Of a stretch of DNA of 64,000 nucleotides, positions 29,646-43,098 are shown one piece after another. The position numbers were made by a program, and so were the translations under genes. This stretch comes from the human T2T-CHM13v2.0 reference genome, Homo sapiens. Numbering within the stretch: the first letter of the stretch is position 1; each line of letters begins with the position of its first letter. Under the pieces are notes generated by a model, which did no database searches, had not been told where the DNA came from, and saw only the letters and a list, made by a program, of their open reading frames with translations. The stretch lies in the NCBI RefSeq assembly GCF_009914755.1, contig NC_060931.1. The stretch is one strand, 5' to 3'.

Positions 29646-32600
29646 AACTTGTACTTTTAAAATAGGAAATAAGAAATGCTCTGGTTCCATGGCCCTTAAC
29701 ACCCACCCCAACACACCCACCTCCTCCTCGCCACCCAGTGACCATTCACCCACCTGTTCTAAGGTTTCTCCCAACTATTGAATGAATTTAGGAGGTTAGA
29801 ATTTCTCCTAGACAAATTCACTTGGGTTTTTCTAAGATGACTCCCCTTTCATTACTTGCTTCCCATAATTCCAGATTTCCTGGAGTCCTTGATGTGATTT
29901 TTCCTTTCTTGTTGCCATTCACAGCCCTTCCCCGTTCACTAACATTGGCCCCTTTCACCACTCTGTATCTTCCTGTGCATTAATGAAGGTATTAAGTGAG
30001 ATCAGTTCTAAAGCCAGCATCCTTAGAATTCACTAGATGCTTCTTTTCTGCATTTGTTGACTTGCCGTTCTCATTACCCTCTGTTTGTTTTTCAGCCTGT
30101 GTCCTATCGAGGGTAGCCATTCAGAATAAATTCATTTTGCTAGTTATATTTTTCTAGAGGCACTGCATCAAACGGTTCACTGACATTCAAATACGTATCA
30201 GCCACAGTAGTCTTTTCATCCACCAAATTCACATTGTTATCCAAAGCTATCCATCACATTTGTCAGAGTATTTGGGTCTTTAATTAAACCTGCTGGATAT
30301 TGTTCATATTTCCATTAGCTCCTTTCTAGTTAGTCTATTATTTTTCTAATTGACATCTGTTCTGAGTCTCATGTCCTTGAATTTCAGGTGGCCCATTTTG
30401 TAGCTTTGGTTTATGTAGGTTTTCTCTCTTTCATAAATTACCTAAGGATTTAGTTAATACACCCTCAAGTGTTTGCCACTGGGACCTGCTGATTTACATA
30501 TGTTTACGCTTCTCAAATAATCCAGAGTTTTTTGGTTCTTCTACGAAATCATTTTCCTTTGTGGCCCTTCAGTCCTGTAAGAAGTAGTCTTGTGTCTCAG
30601 CAAGGCAGAGAGATCTCCTACAATTTCAAGAACTGTACTAGAGTCACTAACCAGGACCAGAAGGTCAGGAATCAGGGTTTGAGTGACTCAACCAAGTGAT
30701 GGCTGAATAGCAGTCCTTGCGTCTTAAGACTCCCAGAGGCTGTAGTGGGTTGCAGTGAACTCTCCATTCAGCCTCCCCCAGCCCTGTCTTAACATCATTG
30801 TGAGGTAGCTGGCTAGGGGCAGAGTCAACGGCCAAAAAATAGAACGAATTGGCACCTGCCAGAATCAACCATTACCTTGGCCTCATTGGCATCATGCTCA
30901 TCATGCTCTCGTTGATGGGAGCATATGTTCCAATCAAAGCCATGAAGTCCATTCCTGTTCCCACTGACTGTTCTCCTCACACACCCACAGGTAGGGCAAG
31001 ATCCATTATTATAAATACAGAAAGCCCATTACCCATTCACTTCACCATCTCATTTCCAACCCTGGTCGTCATTTGGAGCAGAAGCATTGTTTTTATCCCT
31101 TGTCCAGGGCACTCCAACTCTTTGTGCCTTTCTTATGTACCAGGAGACAAGGGCAGGCAGGGAGACTGCCAAGCCCTAGTTTTGCTTTACTTTAAATTAA
31201 AACATTTGCTTCATGCCTTGGGTATTTTTGGTCTGAGCCTGGATTAGATTTTAAAAATAAATAAATAAATAAAGCTTCTTGAAGCCAAGGACTATACCTT
31301 TCTATATCATATTAACATTTAAAATGTTATTAGAGTTTCCTAAGCATTAGTAATAACATTAGGTTTTGCTTTGAAGAAATCCTTTGCATTATTTATTGAA
31401 AAATTAATAATGTGATTTTATTACTAAAAATTGAAAAAGCCGTAGGGCCTCTCAGCAGTTGTTTCCCAGATTGCTAATCTGAAAAATATAGATAATATAC
31501 ACTACAAGAGTCTTGTGCTAATTGGGTTAAATGATATGTAGCTTTGTGGTCACTAAAGTATATAATACAATGTCCTTTTTATCACCCTATGATATTAGAT
31601 AAATTGTCTTTAAAAATCAGAAAGACTCTCTAAAGTGATATTTGATGAACTATTTTCTTAAATTGAAAAGACTCTAAAGTGATATTCAGCTCAGAATAGC
31701 ACTCCTTAACCTGGACTCACCTTTTGATAATCAAAAGAACATTTACAGAAGTATGAGACAAACACAATTATGAAAGTAAAATGAAGGCCCTAAATAAAAA
31801 AATCACAGAACAAGAGGGTAATTCTATTCACTCTTTCATATTTCATTATTTGATAACATCAGAAGATGAATCCATCAGAATTGCCTTGGCAAGTGCAAAC
31901 AGAAATGTGCCTGATCAATATTTATAAAAACCTTCAAAATGGGAGAAGGAGTTGAGCAGACTTCTTAATGGACTGAATAATTATTCATACAAATGGGGTT
32001 TGACCAAAGGCAGTGCCAGACCAAAGAGACACAGTTTTAATTGTACTGAATTTAAAATGCAGATCTTCCTCCAGCCCTTTTGTAGAAAACTTAATTTAAA
32101 AAATTATCTGATGTAGCAGAGAGTGACATATGAATCCTTAAGTTGTTGAAGAGGACATGTCAACCATAGATATTTATAAATTTAGAACGTGTTCCAAAGG
32201 TGGGGAGCAAAGTTGCTAGCTAAGGGAACAAAAAGAAATTTTCTCCCCATTTCAATGACTGTAACTGAGCCAAGGAGTGTGTCATCATCTCAACGGTGAT
32301 GGGAATGTCCTGGAGGAGTTTCTTTGTTTCAAGTGGTTTTATTATCTGAAGAGAAATAAAGCAAGTCTCTGGCTGCTGCTGTCTATCAAAAATGTCAGGA
32401 TACGTTCCTGAGAGGAGTGAAACAGCTGATTTTAACTTTCAGCGTCTCCCCAGGAGAACCCCCACCCCCGCAGTACTGCTGAGGCGTGATGGTTATCAGG
32501 ACAAGGCCAAGAGGTAACTGGTAACTGCCATTTAAGGATAGTGCCATTGACAAAGGGTAGGTGCGTGCATGTGTCACTATATATAAAAAACAGGTAGGTA

Positions 32601-34759
32601 GATGACCGATCAAAGAAGCCCGAGCAAGCCTTAAAGAACAGACTCCCAGGCTATCTTTACCTCTTGAATGATTTTCTGCTGCCACCAGCTGAGGGAATAT
32701 AAGCAATATGTTTTCTAAAGACCATTATTCACTTCTAGCGTGTCCTGATCAGAACAAAAACCTATACAATCCGTTGTGAGAAGTGTAAAAAAAAAAACAA
32801 AAAACTATCCTGATACAGAATATATACCTAATTGTGCCACTGTCTGAAAATTATTTAGCTTTTCTCCACCTTAGTTTTCTCATTCCTAAAATGGAAATAA
32901 CTTCAGCTCATTTTAAATTAGAATTTTCAATCATGTTTGTAATAAACTTTAAGCTCTTCGAAGGGGAATACAAATAAGAGCAATTAGATTATACTTTTTA
33001 ATAAACTAATTTATTCTTCTGACACACAGGATTACCATCCATTTTATTATTGGTCGGAAAGTCCATTTGAGCTGAGATTACACTTGTTCAGAGTGTTTTC
33101 ACGTCAATTGCTACTGCGTCTTGTCTACCATTGCTTGAAGAAAAACAACATCAGCTAATTCTGATGGGAGCCCCATGATTTTGAAGGACCAAGCAGGGGA
33201 CGCTGTAAAGGTTTAAAATCCAAAAATGCCAGTGCTTTTATATAGCATCTACTGTAACCTTTCTGTTTTGGACATGAGAAATAGATCCAGATAGCTGGTG
33301 GTATTTGCCCAAGGTCACATGGCTAGTTAGTAGCGAAGAATGAAAGACTTAACCAGAATCTGAGTTTAGTTGATCTCTTAAATATTTACCTCACTAAGTT
33401 GTTCTGCTATAACCACAATCTCTCAATTATTTATGGGATGATTATCTGGTTTATGGGTTATTCTTTTTTCTCTTGTCATTTCCCTGTTATTATCATAGAT
33501 ACCATTGAGTGGCTGGAGAAAACAGGAGTTCACTGCTTCACTTGACAACTTAGTGACCCATCTACCATTGGGTTTTTATTAAAGTGCTCAAAATGCTGTA
33601 GATATTGGCTAAAAATAATGTTGGGAGCTACAGTCAATACTAACTTTTATTCAGCTCAATTTTTCTCCCTCTCAAATTTGTATTTCAGAAGTCAGATTCA
33701 GCACAGAATTCACTTGTTGACATTAATACTAGAGCTTTATCTTGGGAAGGACTACAAGAGAAAGTCTTTACAATGAAAATAATTATCTCCCTTCCCCAAA
33801 AAAGTACTGAATCAGAGGGACAGTCAACTTTTGGAAAGAAAGGTTACTTCATCCATTACCAACTTGAAGGGGCAAAAAGGGAAGAAATAAAAAGAGGTGA
33901 CAAAATGAAAAAGCCAAAAACTCTTGCTTGTAAACTCCCAAATTAAGTGTTAAATTTACAACATGACTGCATTACTTGGTTTAGAGCACTGAATTCCCAG
34001 ATCAAATCCAGTGTTGTTCAGATATAACTGCAAAGTTTGTACAAACGAATTTGAATCGCCACAATACTGGCTCATTGCATTACAAAGAAAGACAGAGCTG
34101 AGTATGGGAATTTTATTTAATTCATATTTGTGTACTCAAGACTCAAATGAGTCAGCGATAAAAATATTCTTTTCAGTTAGTTCTTTTGCTTTTTATAGTT
34201 TCAAATATTTTTGTATTAAGGTGGTTTTAGAGTAAATACAGGGCTCAAAAGTCTTTCATTTTGAGGCCTTAGACAAATCACTAATACTCTGTAGATCTCA
34301 ATTTTCTCATATGTATAACGTAGATAATTGTAGTTCCTATTTAAAAGGATTGAAATGCACCTAAAAGCTAGACATTATTATTAATATTCTACAATCAAGA
34401 CAGATTTCAAAACCCAGCATGAGACGTAGCTGTATATTTTAAAACACAGTTTCCATTCCGGGATCTAGGACTCTGAATTCTACCAAGTAAAGGAAGGCAA
34501 AAGGCAAAGCTTTCCTCAGAGACCTTGGACAGTTCCCCAGTCAGGGCCTTGCTGTCACCCCTACAGGCAAAGTTTATGGAACGCCTACAAGTACAGGAAC
34601 AAGAGTTGCCATGGGCGGGAATAGTTTATGTTAGTGAGTATTTCTTCCCTCAATTTGCAAAGAAGGGAACTGAAACTGTTTCTAATCACTTTCAGAGATG
34701 CAGTACTAATTTTTGCACTGAGTATGCCAACTTGGGAGGTAGAACCAGGGATGAGAAAA

Positions 34760-35320
34760 CTCCCTGGCCTCTTGTCTATGAAAATTTATGAAAAGCTCTT
34801 AAAGAGAAGTCAGAAAAGCACTAATACTCAAAGATAAAAAGATATCAACAATTCATTTATACATACACGCATACCTACATACATTAAAAACAAATAAGTA
34901 GATGAAAAATTGTTCCACCTCATGCAAATCAAAAGAATGTGAGTTAGATGCTGCCCATATGTTGTTGATAGGAGGATAAATTGATAGAGCTTTTTTAGAA
35001 AGCAACTTGGCAGCATTGTCAAGTGTCCTAAATAATATACTTATCTTTTAACTAATTCTGTTTTTAGAAATCTATCCATGAGAAAGTAAGTCTTTATAAT
35101 TGGAAACAATTGAAGTATCCAATTGTGTTTCAACCTAAATATTTCAACTATAAGAAAGAAATTGGCTAGAACACTACATGTGGTGGGGGCGAACTACAAG
35201 AAAATATGCCAAACTGTGGTTTATCTTTATGATGAAATTATGAGAAATCTTTCTGTATGGCCCATATATTCTATATGGCATATGTATTAACTTTCCAATC
35301 AGAGGGAGATAAAATTTTGT
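34760..35320 (+). mobile_element. L1ME-like fragment
   Basis: ttttagaaagcaacttggcagca...ttttagaaatctatcc, degenerate L1 ORF2 end/3' UTR. Confidence 0.5.
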
Positions 35321-36809
35321 TTTAAAACTTTAAAAAGATCTGCCCACCTTTCCAAAATACCCTGTATTTCCTTCCTGGTAGAAATGTTTTCAGACAGAAT
35401 GTATGGGGGAGAAAGAGTCGCAGTGCAATACCATTAAAATAAAGCACAAAAGAAAAAGCCACAGAGAACAGTCTGTTGATAAAGCAAACATGAGGAAGAT
35501 AAGAGAAAATGATCTGTTTGCACCAGAACAAAGCATAAACATTGTTATGTTCTAGACTCTGCACATGAGACCAGTCTGTGAAGTCACACCTCCTCTTCTC
35601 TGTCACTCTACTCCCTCACCTATCTGCTTATAATACTTTGGGAACTGCTGCAAAAAGGCACACAGCAAAGGGTAGGAGAAGCCACAGCAAGGTGCACATC
35701 TCCTTCCAGAATGTTCCATCCAGCAGGGTGACTTGAAACTCTTTGGTCTCCAGAATAAGATATTTGGTGTACATCTAGCAATTGACTGCTGAATATTGTA
35801 GGCTATGAAGAGTCTGTGAAGGGCTACAAACCATGAGCCAGAAAATGTCTCAATCAAATGTGCATTCACTGATCCCATCCAGGCAGCCCCAGCAAAGTGT
35901 CATCAAATGGAAAATGTGTTGCCCTGGAAGCCACGGCTGCTATTTTAATGCTCGATGATGAAGGCCAAGCTTTCAATTTCCTGGGGCCTCAATAAGTGCT
36001 GATAAATTATTTATCCCTATTGGGTGACATGATTTCATTTCAGTCTGACAGTGTTTATCATGGAAGCTCATTCTAATGGTATAGTTTGGGGCATTTTTCT
36101 ATTTTCTCTTTAGGACACCTGGTAGCACCCTTTCCCCACCTCCAGGTGAAACTGTTGCTGTGTCAGTTTAGTCATCTTTGCTCCTGGGTACCATTCTGAA
36201 AGATAAATGAATTTCCTTCTGTCTTTAAATATTTATGATTCTTTATGATCTAATATATCAGCATGGTTATGGAGGAATTTTTTCTCTCTAACTATAGAAA
36301 ATACACCATCAATTACCTGTCAATTTTGTTGAATAACTCAGCTTTGCAATTCAGGGGCACTGTTCATACGAAGCTCTTGAGGACTCTTTTAGTCTCTCAG
36401 TCCACTTCAGACTGTCATTCCGGGATTTATAAAGGTCTTCATTGCACAGAGGATATTGAAACATTAAGGACTTAAGTGGCATGCCCTTTATCACTCATCA
36501 CACTGTGGAAGATCCAAGAGTAGAAATGCAGGCATCTTTGTTTTGTTGTTTGCTCCCAGCGTGGAACAATGGCCTCTGTAGAAAACCAGCCAGTATCCCT
36601 GGAAACAATTCATCAGATTTTTCAAAAGAAATCCAATTTCATCTGGCATGATGGGCTCAGTGTTGCTTCTTAAGATAAATGATAAAAATATCAACATCCT
36701 AATACAAAGAAATCCAGTTCTTTTGGTTTAATCTCAGTGAAAAGCATCACAAACCTTTTATTGCTTCTGTAGCCTTCTCTGATGCGTTTAGGTCCTTGGT
36801 TGAAGGAGA

Positions 36810-36972
36810 CAGTGGTTCTGTAACTGTTGGTCTACCAAACAGACTCTGACTGAGTCGTGGCTGGTTCAGAACCTTTAAGAAGCACATATCTGGGGATGGG
36901 GCCTCAGGAATCTGCACTTTTCATAGGCGCCCCAAGGTAATTCTTAGGTACCCTAAAGTTCAAGAACTGCGA
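36810..36972. mobile_element. MER5A-like hAT DNA transposon
   Basis: cagtggttct...tctggggatggggcctcaggaatctgcactttt...aaagttcaagaactgc. Confidence 0.65.
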
Positions 36973-39024
36973 GTCTAGAAATCGCAGCTTTCAAGTTCCT
37001 TCTAGCTTTGAAAGAATCGTGAGCCCCAGATTCACTCTCATTTCATTTGGTAAATCTCGATGCACGCATGAGCTCTTCTTGGGCAATTTTAAAAATGTAT
37101 ATTCTTAGGAAGTTCCATTAATAGACAACTCCCTCCATCACCTGTGCATCTACAGGAAACAGAATTAGATGACATAGGGCATCATTTCCCAAAATAGGGG
37201 CCAATATCAGTGAGAGCCAGGGGACATGCAGAGCTGTAGGATAAATATTAATATGATGCTTCTTCCTGCAGCATCAAATTTTTCTTAGAAACAGTGTGTT
37301 TAAATTACAGCAGATACATTAAGGAGTAGAATGCAAAGTTCACGTGAGTTTTATGCTAAACATGAAACTTCAAAAGATTTACTGATCTGGCACTGGGGTC
37401 TCACACCCCTGGAAGTGGAGTTTTATCTCCCCGTCTACCAAGTATTTCTGTCTATATTCAGGGTCACCCTGGACCAGTGATTGCTATGTGTCTGGTTCTG
37501 TGATGCCAAAATGAACACTCGTTTAAAACCACTATAGAAAATTAGCCCCCTGTACACAAGGATGCTGACTGATTTGCTTGCAGGAGAGCTTCATTAACTT
37601 ACCAATCTACAAAGAGCACTTTCCATTTCTGCCACTATTTAGAGTATATTCACAAAAGATTATTCTCTCCCCTATTTTTAAAAGAGTGTGTTAGTTAGAA
37701 AAGGAGGCTTAGCAGGAGGAAAAGAAGCTAACCGTGTGAAAAGACACCACAACTCTTCCTGACCACATTCCCCTTGTACCAGCAATTCAATAAAACAGGC
37801 CTGAAATTATGGAGCTCCTAGAATGTATTTCTTACCACAAAGATAGCTTCATTTCCCCATAGGAGGTTCTTTTTTTCAAAATGTTCCTGATGAGAAAGAA
37901 ACAAATTCACGGCCCTGAGTCTAATAATACAGGATTTCTGAGCCACTCATCCTGCTAGGTCTGGAAGATTGCTTCGTCTCCAAGAGTTGCCTTGAGTGCA
38001 CTGCCTGGTTCTGTCCCCTCGATCTTGGCAAAGTTACCTTTCACGTCAGAGAGAAGTGAGTAACACTCTTCATTTTGCTGACAAGCTGTGATAAGCCTTC
38101 CTGGCTCAGAGTCTGTGTTGAACTTGACCTCCTGGGTAATTTGGAGTGGCCATGGAAGTCACAGCTTCAGAGTCCAGTAGACTGAGAGATAGCAGTGGCA
38201 TAGTATTGGTTTAAAGAATGGTGAGTGGTCATCTTCTCCCCTTCCTGACTCCCACCTTCATCTTCCTGCTGCATTGAAGAATCCCTATAATGCATATTTC
38301 TATTACAGGCACAAGTCTTCCTCCACCAAAGGACAGAGCCAGGCCAATGGCCTTGCCGTTAAGTGGCTCTCAAGTCTCCTCTTTCTGCTAGAATTGTAAC
38401 CAATGCCCTGCCAGACCATTCTGCGTTTGATTGTCACAGTAATCTTCCAGAAGCACAATTTTGAATGGCACCTCTGCTCTCTGGAAGAAGGAAGTCCTTT
38501 ATTGGCTTAACTAGGTCTAAAATCATAGCCTGATGTTCAGAGGCTCTACCCTGTGGCTTCAAATGCCTCATCCCAGGACTCTCTGCTATTGCTCTGCACT
38601 CCCCAGTCTAACCAGATTATTCTTCCATGCCTTTGCTCATGCTCTTCCCTCCAACTAGAATTTCTTTCCTGGAAGCCCTGCCTGACAGAATCTTACCCCA
38701 CAGGAAGTCTTCCTCAGTCCCACACCATCCCCTCAGCATGGTGCGATTTCTCCTCCTCTGCTATTAACGCACGGTACTAGGACCTCACTTATGGCACACA
38801 GAATATTCTTGTGAGTTGTCAAGTGTCCGTGAAAAAACAGTCTTGAACTTAGAGTCAGAAACCTGGGGTCAGATCCTGGCATGGTCAGTCCCTGTCTTTG
38901 TGATGTGGGCAAGCCCTCTAACTTCTCTGTGCTTTCGTCTTTGTATCTGGGAAAAGGGAGGTGTAGCCCCTGGGTGGAGTGAGGGGTAAGTGGCACAGTG
39001 CTCGGGAATGAACTTGGTCAACAG

Positions 39025-39143
39025 CACTGGAATCCTTATGTCTCTGCTTTTCAGGACCTTTCCTCCTTGTCTCCGAGCTACTTGAGGAAAGGGGCTGTGT
39101 CTTGCCCATCCTTATATACTACTATTAATTTTATTACATTACT
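39025..39143 (+). repeat. Local duplicate (intronic copy) of 43572-44058 minus THE1
   Basis: cactggaa...ctctgcttttcaggacctttcctccttgt...tacttgaggaaaggggctgtgtcttgcccatcctta...tattacattact aligns to the downstream copy once the THE1 LTR is removed. Confidence 0.85.
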
Positions 39144-39712
39144 ATCACACATTAGCATCATTATAGTTCTAATAATAATAATCTTTATGAAGCACCACCA
39201 TTCTGAGTGCTTTATACGTATTAATTAATTCAACTATTTCAATAACCCCAAGAGGTAGGTACTATTATTAACCCACTTTATGGAGCAGAAAACCATGTAC
39301 AGTATTTTACAAAACCTCCAATGAATAATGAATGAATGAGGGATTGAATGAGACAAAACCTGTTAACAATGCCTTCTCTCCTTCTTCAGGCTATACCCCT
39401 ACTTTTCTTTCCTTTCTCCCAAGGTAAATGCAAAATTAGCAAAAAAATGTAGAATGAGCTGAGCCACAGAAAGGTATGCGGCCTCCCTGGGTCCTCACTT
39501 AGACTTCTCCTGAAGAGAGCTCCCATGAGCTCCAAAGGACAGAGCTTATGGTTGTCCTGTTCTTTATTCTGTTGGTGGGGCCTAGAACACTGCCTGCTGA
39601 TCAATCGTTATGAAGTAAGTAGAGGAATCAATGTATAGACAGCGTATTTGTCCCCTCGAGACGACGTTACCAGTGGGGAGCCAGTGAGCAGTGTTCTCTC
39701 TTGCTTTCTCAG

Positions 39713-39950
39713 GCAGTACTACGAGATGCTTTACAACACAGCTGACGAGCTCCTGAACCTGGTGGTGGACCAGGGTGTGAAGTACACGGAGCTGGAGTAC
39801 ATCCACGCTCTGACCCTGCTGCACCGCAGCCAAACTGGGGTGGGGGAACTGACCACCCAGAACACGAGGCTGCAGAGGCTCAAAGAGATCATCTGCGAGC
39901 AGGCTGCCATCAAGCAAGCCACCAAGGACAAGAAGATAACTACCGTTTAG
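39713..39950 (+). CDS. EXOC4: Exocyst complex component 4 (Sec8), terminal coding exon (phase 2)
   Basis: Translates (R)[78 protein letters not shown], recognised as the Sec8 C-terminus with class I PDZ-binding motif; canonical acceptor at 39711-39712; GC3- and CpG-rich relative to flanks; TAG at 39948-39950. Confidence 0.97.
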
Positions 39951-41185
39951 CAGGGCGTACTGCGGTTGGTGACGGGGGTCCCCTCAGTCACACTCACTTT
40001 TTTTCCTTGGTATGTTATTGAGTATATTCTGAGCTTAGTTTTCTCTACAGTGATACTTTAGTGGAGAGGAGGTGTAAGGATTCTTTCTCTCTGGTTTTGG
40101 CTTTTCATATAAATGCTAAAGGAAGGCGACAGTACAGAGTGTTTTGGTTGAACAACTACTTTAATGCAGTCAAATCTAACGGGACTAGGGTGGGATAGGG
40201 AGGAAGGTGGTATCAAATTGTTGGACTCTGAAAAACAAGTGGATGGATTACTAATATTTGATTTATTACTCAATATATATATAATTCCAGCCTTGGAAAG
40301 TAGGAAAGTAGGCTGCTACCTAACTTTTAGTCCCTTCCAAAACCATTTAGTAGGGTTCTATTACATAAACAGTAGGGTTTTTCCTCTCCTGACCTTATCC
40401 GTTTACAGTTCAATGAAATAAGTGTATGTGCATTGCTGTCTGTCTCTATTGCCAAAATCAAATAAATGGCTTCTCAGCTGCTGTTTACAACAAACTTCCC
40501 TAACCAAAACAGAACCTCTAATTTAGGGCTAGGAATAGAAGTCTTTTGATCCCAGTCCGTGGGACAGTTTTGTATGCTGTATCTTGTACACAGGTTGTAG
40601 GTTGGTTTATTGCCATTTTGTTTTATTTCTGCTATATAAAAACCAAGAGCCAGACAATTAGACAACTATGGAGGAATGAAAGGCAATTCAAACATCTGCT
40701 TGATTCCCGCCCCGCCACCCCTAATTTCTGAGAGAATAATGGTTAGAGAACATTGCATCTCACTTGAAACATCCTTTGGGGGTAAATGATTCTTAGGTGC
40801 TCACTTGGTCTGAGCTCAGCTGAATGCAGGGAAGATGGGACAGAGTGACATTTCTCCTCTGTGCGGCCTCCAGCTGAGCCTGTCTCTGAATTGTTCCCTC
40901 CCCCGCAATGTGGGCACTTACCATGTTCCTGGCACACTGGACCTCACCATGTCCCCCGGTCACCAGTCCTCTTGCTGCCCATGGTTCATAGGTCATAGAA
41001 GGCAGCAATGCACTGACTGGGCCACATCTTGAAAACTCGTGGAAAGGGAAAGGGGAGGAGATGGGACTTTGACCACACACAGTGATGCCTCACACCCTGA
41101 AGGTGGGGGATTTTGTACCTGTTTGTACAACTTTGGTCTTGATGGGAAAAATGGAGAATTAAAAAGTGTTTTGAGAAGCTTAAAT
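39951..41185 (+). other. EXOC4: EXOC4 3' UTR (end approximate)
   Basis: Repeat-free sequence from the stop to ~20 nt past ATTAAA at 41158. Confidence 0.75.
40461..40466 (+). terminator. Candidate proximal poly(A) signal AATAAA
   Basis: Canonical hexamer with upstream TGTA (40423); downstream GU/U-rich element weak. Confidence 0.5.
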
Positions 41186-41215
41186 GTTTCATGTTATTTT
41201 TCTTGTGTTCTTTAT
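41111..41215 (+). terminator. Distal poly(A) site: two TGTA, ATTAAA (41158-41163), GU/U-rich downstream element
   Basis: ttttgtacctgtttgtac upstream, ATTAAA, then tgtttcatgttatttttcttgtgttcttt. Confidence 0.75.
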
Positions 41216-42293
41216 TCAGCAAATATTCCCCAGAAGCCTAATATGTGCTCCATGCTACCACACACAAGGGCAAATGGATAGATGAAGAAGACACCCTTAT
41301 TATCTAAGAGTGTGGGAACTGGACTGGAGCCAAAAATCCCAACAGCTCAAACTCAGGGCTGGGTCAGAATCAGGTCAGGCAGTGGGGCTGCCGGGAAGGG
41401 GATTCAGTGGGCAGCTGGAGGTTCCAGGGGATTCTGGTGGGAAAGAATGTAGTCAATCTGTCTGGCTCCAAGGGCCTGACTGGGAAGAAGTTGAATCTCT
41501 GTGGGAGACAACTGTGGAAAAACATACTGCCCTAAACGATATCATGAGAAATAGTCTACCCTAGAAGCAGGAGTGGAAGAAGGGGGGATGAGAGGAGAAT
41601 AGGGTTGCCTAAGCTGCTGCTTCATGGCCGTGACCCCCAGCATTGATTCTGTACCTTTCCTTTTTCTTCCTGTCCACTCCAGGCGGAGAACCCGGAGTGG
41701 TGACAGTGATGGCAGCAGAGCCAGGGTGAGACTGAGAGTGCTCAGACTAATTTTCTTGGAAGTAGTGGAAAGTTCCGCTAAAAAAGAAACATGAGTTTGG
41801 ATTGAGCAGAATGTCAAGAGCCCTGAGAACCAACCAAAAAATGGCAGATGAGCTGTTTCAGGGGCAACATTTAGGAAAGTGAAATCTCTGCTTTGCTTAC
41901 AATGACGGGACTGAAAATGGCAATTCTGCACAGGAAAGGGACTGTGGGACTCTTCCAAGACATTTAGGACATCCAAGTTTCTTTGAAGGTTGGCACATCA
42001 GTCTTTATTCTTCCACAGGTAAAGAACAGCCAGTGACACACTCAGTGGGTGGTCAATGGCTACCTCACAACCTATATGCATTTGGGACACAGTGAAGATT
42101 TCCACATTTTGGTCCTACTTAGGAGTATTTTGTGAGGCTGTTGTGCTGTTTACAGCCTTGACCAACCAGAAAGTGCTAGAGAGAGCCAGGGTCTGCCAAG
42201 GACAGGGCCCACGAAACACATACACAGTTACGTAATGTTCTTGTGTGAAGACCTCTCCCTAAGTGTGCTATTGCAGATAAGAAGGCCAACAAA

Positions 42294-42604
<311 letters not shown>

Positions 42605-43037
42605 TTACCAGAAGGGGTGCTGGAAACAAAGCAAACCATTTTCTCATTCTTATACAGAGGTACAAATGGGAGGGACATGTGGACTGCTGCCTGCATCACT
42701 AGTCACTGTGCCATGGAGTAGGCCCACAGGAGTAGGAGGGGTCCTGAGATGGGAAATCAACATGACCATGAAGAAGGAAGGCTTTGGAGTGATGTCATCC
42801 AACTTGGTTCTCAGAACAGCAGCTCCCAGAGAGCACTTCCTTCTAACACTGTTATCTACTCTCTGGTACTTAGCATGTGTTCCCATTTAGTCCTCACAGC
42901 AACCCTTATCATAAATATTACTTTCCTCTCTTCCATACCCAAGGGCCCAGAAACTACTGAAAGAATCTCTTTCAAGTTAGCCTTCGTTGGAATAAATTCC
43001 TTGAAAAAGAGGTAGTTCATCAGCTAGGACCCAACTC

Positions 43038-43038
<1 letters not shown>

Positions 43039-43096
<58 letters not shown>
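43039..43096. repeat. (TA)6(CA)23 compound microsatellite
   Basis: Read directly from sequence. Confidence 0.97.

Positions 43097-43098
<2 letters not shown>

Noticed and set aside
39648-39712. N-terminal part of the 100-aa ORF ([21 protein letters not shown])
   Set aside because: Intronic read-in from a TTG start across the polypyrimidine tract; the exon begins at 39713.
40010-40050. Donor-like GTATGT (40010) and acceptor-like ttttctctacAG (40050) in the 3' UTR
   Set aside because: 41 nt is too short for a spliceosomal intron; separate use cannot be supported without transcript data.
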